DNA of 64,000 nucleotides from assembly GCA_029781595.1 (NCBI GenBank), contig JAKOWJ010000280.1, positions 7,042 through 71,041 of the forward strand. Direction: 5' to 3'. A model generated the notes under the pieces. It was not told where the DNA came from and did no database searches. It worked only from the letters and a program-made list of their open reading frames with translations. This DNA is from Pseudomonadota bacterium (lineage in GTDB: Bacteria > Pseudomonadota > Gammaproteobacteria > Burkholderiales > Usitatibacteraceae). Numbering within the stretch: position 1 is the first letter of the stretch; each line of letters begins with the position of its first letter. Below, one piece after another: positions 13,156-24,970 of the stretch. The position numbers were made by a program, and so were the translations under genes.

Positions 13156-13787
13156 CAGGCGGCTTTCAGGAGGACGAGGTGGCGCTGGGCCTCGAGGGTG
13201 GGGACGCGCAGGGGAATCACGTTCTCGATGCGGTGCGTGGCGGGCAGGCGCGCGATCTCCTCGTAGGGGTGCACGCCCTTCATCGCGAGCAGCCGCCCGC
13301 CCGGCGCCACGAGGTGCGCGGCCTGCGAGACGAAGTCGGCGAGCTCCGCGAAGGCGCGGGAGACCACCACGTCGAAGCCGATCCCGGGCCGCCAGCCTTC
13401 GACCCGCTCGCAGGCCACCGCCACGTTGGCGAGGCGCAGCTCCGCCACGGCCTGGCGCAGGAACGTCGCCTTCTTGTGGCTCGCGTCGAGCAGCGTCACC
13501 TCGAGGTCGGGGCGGGCGAGGGCCACGGGGATGCCGGGCAGGCCCGCGCCGGTGCCCACGTCCAGGAGCGTGCGGGCGTGGTCGAGGTGGGGCAGGATCG
13601 CCAGGCTGTCGAGCAGGTGCAGCACCACCATCTGCGCGGGCTCGCGCACGGCGGTGAGGTTGTGCACGCGGTTCCACTTGGCGAGCAGCTGCACGTAGGC
13701 GATCAGGCGCTGCTGCGTGGCCTCGTCCAGGGCGAGCCCCAGGTCGCGCAGGCCCGAGGCGAGTGCCGCTTCCAGTGCCGCGCTCAT
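13155..13787 (-). CDS. rsmG: 16S rRNA (guanine527-N7)-methyltransferase RsmG (GidB)
   Basis: 210 aa with SAM motif [14 protein letters not shown]. Located between mnmG and parA. Confidence 0.9.
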   Translation of the reverse strand: MSAALEAALASGLRDLGLALDEATQQRLIAYVQLLAKWNRVHNLTAVREPAQMVVLHLLDSLAILPHLDHARTLLDVGTGAGLPGIPVALARPDLEVTLLDASHKKATFLRQAVAELRLANVAVACERVEGWRPGIGFDVVVSRAFAELADFVSQAAHLVAPGGRLLAMKGVHPYEEIARLPATHRIENVIPLRVPTLEAQRHLVLLKAA

Positions 13788-15691
13788 GCGCTGCGCTCCA
13801 CCGGCGGCACGCGCGAGGCGAGCGCCCGGCGCTTCAGGTGCACCAGCAGCAGGGAGATGGCGGCCGGCGTGACACCCTGCACGCGGGCCGCCTGGCCGAC
13901 CGTTTCGGGCCGGTGCTGGGCGAGCTTCTGCTGGACTTCCTTGGACAGGCCGCGCACGGACGCGTAGTCCAGGTCCGCCGGCAGCGGCACGCCTTCCTGG
14001 GCGAGCTGGCGGGCGACCTCGTCGCGCTGGCGCTCGATGTAGCCGGCGTACTTGGCGCCGATCTCCACCTGCTCGGCCACGGCGGGATCCGCGACCGGGG
14101 CGCCGGCGCCCGGCAGGGTCATCAGTGAGTGGTAGCTTACCTCGGGACGCCGAAGGAGATCGAAGAGCGAATACTCACGTTCCATCGGCTGCCCGAGCAC
14201 GCGGACCTGGTCCTCGGCCGGGACCTGCGCCGGTTGCGCCCACTGCGCGCGCAGGCGGGCGCTCTCGCGCTCGATCGCCTCGCGCTTCCGGGAGAAGGCT
14301 TCCCACCGGGCGTCGTCCACCAGTCCCAGCCGGCGACCGGCCTCCGTGAGCCGCAGGTCGGCGTTGTCCTCGCGCAGCTGCAGCCGGTACTCGGCCCGGC
14401 TGGTGAACATCCGGTAGGGCTCGGAGACCCCGCGCGTGACCAGGTCGTCGACCAGGACGCCCAGGTAGGCCTCGTCCCGGCGCGGGCACCAGCCTTCCTC
14501 GTCCCGGGAGAACCGGGCGGCGTTGAGGCCCGCCAGCAGGCCCTGCGCGGCCGCCTCCTCGTAGCCGGTGGTGCCGTTGATCTGGCCGGCGAAGAAGAGC
14601 CCGGCGATGGCCTTCGTCTCCAGCGTCGCCTTCAGCCCCCGCGGATCGAAGTAGTCGTACTCGATGGCGTATCCCGGCCGCAGGATGTGGGCGTCCTCGA
14701 GCCCCGGGATCGACCGGACCAGGGCCCACTGAACGTCGAAGGGCAGGCTCGTGGAGATGCCGTTGGGGTAGACCTCGTGGGTCTGCAGGCCTTCCGGCTC
14801 GAGGAAGACCTGGTGGCTCGCCTTGTCGGCGAAGCGGTGGATCTTGTCCTCGATCGACGGGCAGTAACGCGGGCCGACACCCTCGATGATGCCCGTGAAC
14901 ATGGGAGAGCGGTCCAGCCCGCCGCGGATGGCCGCGTGCGTCGCCTCCGTCGTGTGGGTGATCCAGCACGGGAGCTGGCGCGGGTGCTGTTCGCGCCGGC
15001 CGAGGAAGGAGAAGACCGGCTCCGGCTCGTCTCCCGGCTGGCGCGTGCACTTCGTGAAGTCGATGGTGCGCCCGTCGATGCGCGGGGGCGTCCCCGTCTT
15101 CAGGCGCCCGACCGGCAGGGCCAGCTCCCGAAGGCGCGCGGCCAGCGAGAGCGACGGAGGGTCGCCGGCGCGGCCGGCGGCGTAGTTCTCCAGCCCGACG
15201 TGGATGCGCCCTCCCAGGAATGTGCCGGCCGTCAGGACCACCGCCGGGGCCCGGAAGCGCAGGCCGATGGCGGTCACCGCCCCGGCGACGCGCTCGCCAT
15301 CGAGCACCAGGTCGTCCACGGCCTGCTGGAAAAGCCAGAGGTTGGGCTGGTCCTCCAGGCGCCGGCGGATGGCCCCGCGGTAGAGCACCCGGTCGGCCTG
15401 CGCCCGCGTCGCGCGGACGGCGGGCCCCTTGCTGGCGTTGAGCGTGCGGAACTGGATCCCCGCCTCGTCGGTGGCCAGGGCCATCGCGCCCCCCAGGGCG
15501 TCGACCTCCCGGACCAGATGGCCCTTGCCGATGCCGCCGATGGACGGGTTGCAGGACATCTGGCCCAGGGTCTCGAGCGCGTGCGTCAGGAGCAGCGTGC
15601 GCGCACCCGACCGCGCCGCGGCCAGCGCGGCCTCGGTGCCGGCGTGGCCGCCGCCGACGACGATCACGTCGAAACGGGTGGGGAAATCCAT
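13784..15691 (-). CDS. mnmG: tRNA uridine 5-carboxymethylaminomethyl modification enzyme MnmG (GidA)
   Basis: 635 aa. N-terminal FAD motif [16 protein letters not shown] and conserved GidA sequence throughout. Confidence 0.96.
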   Translation of the reverse strand: MDFPTRFDVIVVGGGHAGTEAALAAARSGARTLLLTHALETLGQMSCNPSIGGIGKGHLVREVDALGGAMALATDEAGIQFRTLNASKGPAVRATRAQADRVLYRGAIRRRLEDQPNLWLFQQAVDDLVLDGERVAGAVTAIGLRFRAPAVVLTAGTFLGGRIHVGLENYAAGRAGDPPSLSLAARLRELALPVGRLKTGTPPRIDGRTIDFTKCTRQPGDEPEPVFSFLGRREQHPRQLPCWITHTTEATHAAIRGGLDRSPMFTGIIEGVGPRYCPSIEDKIHRFADKASHQVFLEPEGLQTHEVYPNGISTSLPFDVQWALVRSIPGLEDAHILRPGYAIEYDYFDPRGLKATLETKAIAGLFFAGQINGTTGYEEAAAQGLLAGLNAARFSRDEEGWCPRRDEAYLGVLVDDLVTRGVSEPYRMFTSRAEYRLQLREDNADLRLTEAGRRLGLVDDARWEAFSRKREAIERESARLRAQWAQPAQVPAEDQVRVLGQPMEREYSLFDLLRRPEVSYHSLMTLPGAGAPVADPAVAEQVEIGAKYAGYIERQRDEVARQLAQEGVPLPADLDYASVRGLSKEVQQKLAQHRPETVGQAARVQGVTPAAISLLLVHLKRRALASRVPPVERSA

Positions 15692-15776
15692 GGGGTGGAT
15701 CGGGTGCCCGGGGCGGGCCCGGCCGTCGAAAATCGGAGCGCGAATTCTACGGGAAAAGGCGGGCCCGACCTAGCGT

Positions 15777-15792
15777 GGTTCCACGTGGAACG
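15777..15792. other. parS: parS centromere-like site 1
   Basis: gGTTCCACGTGGAACg. The perfect 14-bp palindrome matches the chromosomal parS consensus TGTTNCACGTGAAACA (symmetric TGTTCCACGTGGAACA variant) at 14 of 16 positions. It lies in the mnmE-mnmG spacer upstream of the parAB-containing gene run. Confidence 0.75.
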
Positions 15793-15831
15793 CCGGGACG
15801 GATCCGCGCCCGGACCCCACCCGCCCCGGTA

Positions 15832-15847
15832 CGTTCCACGTGGAACA
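15832..15847. other. parS: parS centromere-like site 2
   Basis: cGTTCCACGTGGAACa, 15 of 16 to TGTTCCACGTGGAACA, 55 bp from site 1 centre to centre. Confidence 0.75.
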
Positions 15848-15867
15848 CCGCGCGGGGCCGGCCCGGG

Positions 15868-17214
15868 CTACTTGCCGATGCAGAACCGGCTGAAGATGTG
15901 GCCCAGGAGGTCGTCGGCCGTGACCTCGCCGGTGATGGCTCCCAGGGCCTTCTGCGCGAGGCGAAGATCTTCCGCAAACAATTCAAACACTTGGGCGTGC
16001 GGCCCGGCGGCGGACGCCAGATGGCCGGCGGCCGCCTGCAGCGCCACCAGGTGGCGTTCGCGGGCAAGGAACGCGCCCTCGCCCGAGGGGCGCCACCCCG
16101 CGACCTCGAGGAGCCACTGGCGAAGCGCCTCGACGCCTTCGCCGGTCTTCGCCGAGAGGCGGAAGTCCCGGTCCGCGCCATGAGGCTCGGTCCCGGCCGC
16201 GAGCCCGGCCAGGTCGATCTTGTTCGTGACGATCGCCCGCGGCAGCCCGGCCGGCAGCCGCGCGAGGATCTCGCGCTCCTCGTCCCGCTCGGGCTGGACC
16301 GCATCCCGGATGAGCATGACCGCGCCCGCTTTCGCGACCGCCTCCCAGCTGCGCGCGATGCCGATGCGCTCGACCTCGTCGCCCGTCGCGCGCAGCCCCG
16401 CCGTGTCCACCAGGTGCACCGGCACCCCGGACAGGATCACCGTGGCGCGGATCGCGTCGCGGGTGGTGCCCGCCACCGGGGTGACGATCGCCAGCTCCTC
16501 GCCGGCGAGCCGGTTGAGCAGGCTGGACTTGCCGACGTTGGGCCGCCCGACCAGGACCACCGTGAGCCCCTCGCGCAGCACCGCTCCCTGCGCGGCGCGT
16601 GCCTGGAGCGTCGCGAGGTCGGCCCGGATGGCCGCCAGCGCCTCCTGCTGCCGCCGCCGGTCCGCCGGGTCGATCTCCTCTTCCGGGAAATCGATGCAGG
16701 CCTCCACGTGCAGGCGAAGCTGCGTGAGCGCGGCCACGATCGCCTCGATGCGTTCGGAGAATTCCCCGCCCAGCGAGCGCGCCGCGCCCCGGGCGGCCTC
16801 CGCGCTCGCCGCGTCGATGAGGTCGGCCACCGCCTCGGCCTGCGCGAGGTCCAGCCGCCCGTTGAGGAAGGCGCGGCGCGTGAACTCCCCGGGCTCCGCC
16901 AGCCGGGCGCCGAGCGCCACGCACCGCCGCAGGATCTCGTGCAGCACGACGGGCCCGCCGTGGCCCTGCAGCTCCAGGACGTCCTCGCCCGTGTACGAAC
17001 GGGGCGCGGGAAAGAAGAGGGCGATGCCCTCGTCGAGGAGGGCGCCGTCGCCGTCGCGGAACCGGGCCCGGATCGCGAGGCGCGCCTCGGGAACCCGCCC
17101 GACGATCTCCCGCGCCAGCAGGGGCGCGAGCGGGCCGGAGACGCGCACGATGCCGATTCCCCCGCGGCCGGGGGCGGTGGCGACGGCCGCGATCGTGTCC
17201 GGCCGGACGCTCAC
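15868..17214 (-). CDS. mnmE: tRNA modification GTPase MnmE (TrmE)
   Basis: 448 aa with G1 motif GRPNVGKSSLLN and the C-terminal CIGK motif. Confidence 0.95.
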   Translation of the reverse strand: MSVRPDTIAAVATAPGRGGIGIVRVSGPLAPLLAREIVGRVPEARLAIRARFRDGDGALLDEGIALFFPAPRSYTGEDVLELQGHGGPVVLHEILRRCVALGARLAEPGEFTRRAFLNGRLDLAQAEAVADLIDAASAEAARGAARSLGGEFSERIEAIVAALTQLRLHVEACIDFPEEEIDPADRRRQQEALAAIRADLATLQARAAQGAVLREGLTVVLVGRPNVGKSSLLNRLAGEELAIVTPVAGTTRDAIRATVILSGVPVHLVDTAGLRATGDEVERIGIARSWEAVAKAGAVMLIRDAVQPERDEEREILARLPAGLPRAIVTNKIDLAGLAAGTEPHGADRDFRLSAKTGEGVEALRQWLLEVAGWRPSGEGAFLARERHLVALQAAAGHLASAAGPHAQVFELFAEDLRLAQKALGAITGEVTADDLLGHIFSRFCIGK

Positions 17215-17218
17215 GGCG

Positions 17219-18916
17219 CTAGCGCTTGCCGCGCGCCTTGGCCGCCGCCTCCGCCGCGAGCGAGCGGTTGATGTTCCACTGCTGCGCGATGGACAGGAGG
17301 TTCTGCACGACCCAGTAGAGCACGAGGCCGGAGGGGAAGAAGAAGAAGAAGATGCTGAAGACGATGGGCATCGCCATCATCACCTTGGCCTGCACCGGGT
17401 CCGCCGGCTGCGGGTTGAGCTTGGTCTGCACGAACATCGACACGGCGTAGATGACCGGCAGGATGTAGTACGGGTCGGGCGCGGAGAGGTCGTGGATCCA
17501 CCCGAGCCAGGGCGCGTGGCGCAGCTCGATGGAGCCGAGCAGCACCCAGTAGAGCGCGATGAAGACCGGGATCTGCACGAGGATGGGCAGGCACCCGCCC
17601 AGCGGGTTGATCTTCTCGGTCCGGTACAACTCCATCATCGCCTGGTTGAGCTTCTGCCGGTCGTCCCCGTAGAGCTGCTTGAGCTTCTCCATCTTCGGCG
17701 TGAGCACCTTCATCGCCGCCATGGAGCGACCCGCCTTGTGGTTGAGCGGGTAGAAGACGGCCTTGATGAGGATGGTGAGCAGGATGATCGCCCAGCCCCA
17801 GTTGCCCACCAGGCCGTGGATGAACTTGAGCACCCAGAAGAGCGGCGCGGCCAGGATGTACAGCCAGCCGTAGTCGACGACGAGGTCCAGGCCCGGCGCG
17901 ATCTTCGCGAGCTTGTCGGTCTCCTGCGGGCCGATGTAGACCGGCATGGAAACCTTCGCCTCGGCCCCCGGCGCGATCGCCCCCATGGGCACGATCACGC
18001 CCGCGGTGAAGAGGTTGTCGCCCACCTTGTGCGCGAAGAACTCGCGCGGGCCGCCTCCCTGCGGCAGCCAGGCCGACACGAAGTAGTGCTGCACCATGCC
18101 GATCCAGCCGTCCTTCGTCTTCGACACCGGCAGGGGCTTGCCCTTCTGGATGTCGCTGAAGCTCACCTTCACGAACTTCGTTTCCTCGGTGTAGAGCGCC
18201 GGGCCGGTGAACGTGGCGACGCCGCCGATCTTGCTCGTCTGGGCGGCGTCCTGGCTCGGGGGATTCTCGTCGCGCAGGAACTGGAAGTAGGCGAACGGCG
18301 AGAGCGGCTTGTCGCCCGTGTTGCGCACGTCGTACGCGACGCCGATCTCGTAGCTGCCGCGCCGGAACGTGAGCGTCTTCACCACCTGGGCGCCGCTCGC
18401 GTCGGCGGCCGTGAGCTTCACGGCGATCTCGTTCTTCCCCTCCGCCAGGTCGTAGGTGGTGGCCTCGGCGGTGTAGTTGGCCTTGTGGCTGGGCAGGCCC
18501 TCGCCCAGCAGGCCCGTCTGCGTCACGAAGTAGTGGCTGGGGTCCGGCTCGAGCAGCGTGAGCGGCTTGTCGCGCTCCACTGCCGAGAAGACCTTGCGCA
18601 GGGTCACGCGCCGGATGTCGCCGCCGGCCGTGTTGAGCTCCACGTCCATGACGTCGGTGCGCACGGTGATTCTCTGTCCCGTGGCCGCCACCGGCGCCGT
18701 GCCGAGGCTGCCGGTCGCCGGCGAGGCCGGGGACGCGCCGGGCGTGGCGGCGGGAGCGCCCGGCGTGGGCGTCGGTATGGTCGTCGGCCCGCTCTTTCCC
18801 GCCACGCTCGCGGGCGCGGCGGGAACCTGGGGAGCGTTGTGCTTCTGCCAGGCGTCCCAGAGGAGCAGGGCGGAGAAGCTGAAGACCACGAAGGCGATGA
18901 GTCTCTGGATATCCAT
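17219..18916 (-). CDS. yidC: Membrane protein insertase YidC
   Basis: 565 aa. MDIQRLIAFVVFSFSALLLWDAW N-terminus, large periplasmic domain and conserved C-terminal TM core. Confidence 0.95.
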   Translation of the reverse strand: MDIQRLIAFVVFSFSALLLWDAWQKHNAPQVPAAPASVAGKSGPTTIPTPTPGAPAATPGASPASPATGSLGTAPVAATGQRITVRTDVMDVELNTAGGDIRRVTLRKVFSAVERDKPLTLLEPDPSHYFVTQTGLLGEGLPSHKANYTAEATTYDLAEGKNEIAVKLTAADASGAQVVKTLTFRRGSYEIGVAYDVRNTGDKPLSPFAYFQFLRDENPPSQDAAQTSKIGGVATFTGPALYTEETKFVKVSFSDIQKGKPLPVSKTKDGWIGMVQHYFVSAWLPQGGGPREFFAHKVGDNLFTAGVIVPMGAIAPGAEAKVSMPVYIGPQETDKLAKIAPGLDLVVDYGWLYILAAPLFWVLKFIHGLVGNWGWAIILLTILIKAVFYPLNHKAGRSMAAMKVLTPKMEKLKQLYGDDRQKLNQAMMELYRTEKINPLGGCLPILVQIPVFIALYWVLLGSIELRHAPWLGWIHDLSAPDPYYILPVIYAVSMFVQTKLNPQPADPVQAKVMMAMPIVFSIFFFFFPSGLVLYWVVQNLLSIAQQWNINRSLAAEAAAKARGKR

Positions 18917-18961
18917 CGGAGGTCGGGGGAGTCGGAAGGTCAGTGTCGTGCGGTCGCCGGA

Positions 18962-19171
18962 TCAGGGCACCGGATCGTGGCCGCCCGGATTCCACGGGTG
19001 GCAGCGCAGGATCCGCCGGGCGGCGAGCCACGAGCCGGACAGCGCGCCGTGGCGCTCCAGCGCCTCGATCGCGTAGTTCGAGCAGGTGGGCGTGAAGCGG
19101 CACTGCCCGCCCCACCACGGGGCGAGCAGGTAGTGATAGGCGCGGACGAGGGCGACCAGCACGCGGCGCAT
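18962..19171 (-). CDS. yidD: Membrane protein insertion efficiency factor YidD
   Basis: Start set to ATG 19171. [42 protein letters not shown]...[14 protein letters not shown] carries the YidD signature. Confidence 0.85.
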   Translation of the reverse strand: MRRVLVALVRAYHYLLAPWWGGQCRFTPTCSNYAIEALERHGALSGSWLAARRILRCHPWNPGGHDPVP

Positions 19172-19175
19172 GCCA

Positions 19176-19535
19176 TCACCGGCCGCCGGCGCGGTCGAGC
19201 AGGCCGCGCACGGCCGCGAGCCAGGCCTGCTCCCCACCTTCGGCGAGCGGCCCGCGCAGGGCCAGCACGAGGTCGAGACCGGCTTCCTTCACGGGGTGGC
19301 GGCGGAACGCCTCGCGGGCGAGGCGCTTGAGGCGGTTGCGGACCACGGCACGGCGTGCGAAGCGCTTGGGCGCGGACACGCCGAGCCGGGAGGCGCCCGG
19401 CGCGCCGGCGGCCACGTGGAGCAGGAGGTCGGTCCCGCGGATCTTTCGCGGGCTGCGCAGGGCGGCCGCGAAGGCGCCGCGGCCCACGAATCGGTGGCGC
19501 CGGGAAAGGCCTTCCTTCCGGGCCCCGAGCGTCAT
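19176..19535 (-). CDS. rnpA: Ribonuclease P protein component
   Basis: 119-aa basic protein between rpmH and yidD, with an RNR-like motif [15 protein letters not shown]. Confidence 0.85.
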   Translation of the reverse strand: MTLGARKEGLSRRHRFVGRGAFAAALRSPRKIRGTDLLLHVAAGAPGASRLGVSAPKRFARRAVVRNRLKRLAREAFRRHPVKEAGLDLVLALRGPLAEGGEQAWLAAVRGLLDRAGGR

Positions 19536-19542
19536 GCGGCGG

Positions 19543-19677
19543 TCAGACCGCGACGCGCTTGCGCCCCTTGGCGCGGCGGGCGTTGATCACGGCTCGGCCG
19601 GCGGCCGTCTTCATGCGGACGCGGAAGCCGTGCGTCTTCTTCCGTCGCGTGTTGGAAGGCTGGAACGTGCGTTTCAT
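19543..19677 (-). CDS. rpmH: 50S ribosomal protein L34
   Basis: Too short for the ORF track. Reverse-complement translation gives [44 protein letters not shown] (44 aa), the canonical L34 sequence. Confidence 0.95.
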   Translation of the reverse strand: MKRTFQPSNTRRKKTHGFRVRMKTAAGRAVINARRAKGRKRVAV

Positions 19678-19784
19678 GGGAACCTCGTCTGGCCCGCCCG
19701 GAAACTCCGGGCGAAAAGCGCGCGATTATAGCCGATCCCCCCTCGCCGCGCCATCGCGCCGGCCCGCCGTTCCCCCGTCGCGCC

Positions 19785-19815
19785 TGTGGATAAGTCCCCC
19801 CGATCCCGATAGAAT
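19785..19815 (+). promoter_or_regulatory. Perfect DnaA box (TGTGGATAA = TTATCCACA on the other strand) 16 bp upstream of a TAGAAT -10; likely autoregulated dnaA promoter
   Basis: TGTGGATAA at 19785-19793 and TAGAAT at 19810-19815, about 50 bp upstream of the dnaA ATG. Confidence 0.6.
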
Positions 19816-19866
19816 CCGGGATCTTCCCGCTGCCGTTCCCTCCCCGACCTGCCGCCCGCCGCCGAC

Positions 19867-21192
19867 ATGGATTCGCTCTGGCTTTCCCTCGTTTCCGAGC
19901 TCAAGAAGGACCTGCCGGCGCAGCAGTACGACACGTGGATCAAGCCGCTGCGGGCCGAGCGCGAGGGCAACCACCTGCGCGTGCTCGCCCCCAACCACCA
20001 CGTGCTGCGCTGGATCCGGGCGAACCTGCTGGCCAAGATCACCTCCCGCGCCGAGCGCGTGGCCGGCTCGACCCTCCAGGTCGACCTCGCCCTGGACGAG
20101 CGCCAGTCGCCGGAAGCCGAGATCGTCGTGCCCGAGCCGGTCGCGGTGGCCGCCGAACGGCCCGCCCGCGACGAGCACCGCCTGAATCCGTCGTTCACCT
20201 TCTCCAACTTCGTGAACGGCAAGGCCAACCAGATCGCGCGCGCCGCGGCCATCCAGGTGGCCGAGAACCCGGGCACGGCCTACAACCCCCTCTTCATCTA
20301 CGGCGGCACGGGGCTGGGCAAGACCCACCTGCTGCAGGCCATCGGCACGGACGTCCTCAAGCGCAACCCAAGGGCCAAGGTGCGCTACATCCACGCCGAG
20401 CAGTTCGTCGCGGACGTGGTGCGCGCCTACCAGCACAAGAGCTTCGACTCCCTCAAGCGCTACTACCGCTCGCTCGACCTCTTCCTCATCGACGACGTGC
20501 AGTTCTTCGTGGGCAAGTCGCGCTCGCAGGAGGAGTTCTTCTACACCTTCAACGCCCTGTTCGAGGCGCACAAGCAGGTGGTGATCACCAGCGACTGCTT
20601 TCCGAAGGAGATGACCGGCATCGAGGACCGCCTCATCTCGCGCTTCGGCTGGGGCCTCACGGTGGCCGTCGAGCCGCCCGAGCTCGAGATGCGGGTGGCG
20701 ATCCTGCTGAAGAAGGCGGAGATGGACGGCGTGCACGTCGACGAGGCGGTCGCCTTCTTCATCGCCAAGCACATCCGCTCCAACGTGCGCGAGCTCGAGG
20801 GCGCGCTGAAGCGGGTGCTCGCCTACGCGCGATTCAACAACACCGTGGTGAACGTGACGACCGCGCGCGAGGCCCTGAAGGACCTGCTCGCCGTCCTCAC
20901 GCGCCAGGTGTCCATCGAGAACATCCAGAAGACCGTCGCGGACTACTTCAAGATCAAGGTCTCCGACATGTACTCGAAGAAGCGCTTCCGGTCCGTCGCC
21001 CGCCCGCGGCAGGTGGCCATGGCCCTGGCCAAGGAGCTCACGCAGCAGAGCCTGCCGGAGATCGGCGAGGCCTTCGGCGGCCGCGATCACACCACCGTCC
21101 TGCACGCCTGCCGCAAGATCCAGGAATTGCGCGACACCGACCAGGAATTCTTCCGCGACTACGCGCAGCTTCAGCAGATCCTTCTCGGATGA
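19867..21192 (+). CDS. dnaA: Chromosomal replication initiator protein DnaA
   Basis: 441 aa with Walker [12 protein letters not shown] and C-terminal DNA-binding segment [16 protein letters not shown]. Confidence 0.97.
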   Translation: MDSLWLSLVSELKKDLPAQQYDTWIKPLRAEREGNHLRVLAPNHHVLRWIRANLLAKITSRAERVAGSTLQVDLALDERQSPEAEIVVPEPVAVAAERPARDEHRLNPSFTFSNFVNGKANQIARAAAIQVAENPGTAYNPLFIYGGTGLGKTHLLQAIGTDVLKRNPRAKVRYIHAEQFVADVVRAYQHKSFDSLKRYYRSLDLFLIDDVQFFVGKSRSQEEFFYTFNALFEAHKQVVITSDCFPKEMTGIEDRLISRFGWGLTVAVEPPELEMRVAILLKKAEMDGVHVDEAVAFFIAKHIRSNVRELEGALKRVLAYARFNNTVVNVTTAREALKDLLAVLTRQVSIENIQKTVADYFKIKVSDMYSKKRFRSVARPRQVAMALAKELTQQSLPEIGEAFGGRDHTTVLHACRKIQELRDTDQEFFRDYAQLQQILLG

Positions 21193-21213
21193 GCCGCGAA
21201 ACCCGACAAAACC

Positions 21214-21222
21214 TGTGGATGG
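21214..21222. promoter_or_regulatory. DnaA box-like 9-mer TGTGGATGG (8 of 9)
   Basis: In the dnaA-dnaN spacer, in inverted orientation to the perfect box at 21250. Confidence 0.45.
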
Positions 21223-21249
21223 ATTCCGCCGGCGCTGCGCCCGGCCAGG

Positions 21250-21258
21250 TTATCCACA
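21250..21258. promoter_or_regulatory. Perfect DnaA box TTATCCACA
   Basis: Exact 9 of 9 consensus match in the dnaA-dnaN spacer. Confidence 0.6.
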
Positions 21259-21390
21259 GGTTCGGCGCGCGGACGGTACTCGCTGTCCCCAGCGAATCCG
21301 TGATGCAAGTACCTGAATCGAAAGCGTCGTTGGACTTTTCCCGGAATCGAGCCGTCTCCTATCAACTATCAACTATTCAGAGATAGCCCT

Positions 21391-24952
<3,562 letters not shown>

Positions 24953-24970
24953 GGCCGGGCGGGGCGGCCC

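Noticed and set aside
16220-19330. Very long ORFs with no recognisable protein motifs, for example 16220..19330 + (1036 aa), 25103..28075 + (990 aa), 52533..54962 - (809 aa), 34366..36375 - (669 aa) and 22475..24574 - (699 aa).
   Set aside because: Each lies antisense to a strongly recognisable conserved gene (mnmE/yidC, topA, mrcA, ntrY, gyrB). Their translations are Arg/Ala/Gly/Pro-rich low-complexity sequence typical of stop-poor shadow frames in GC-rich DNA.
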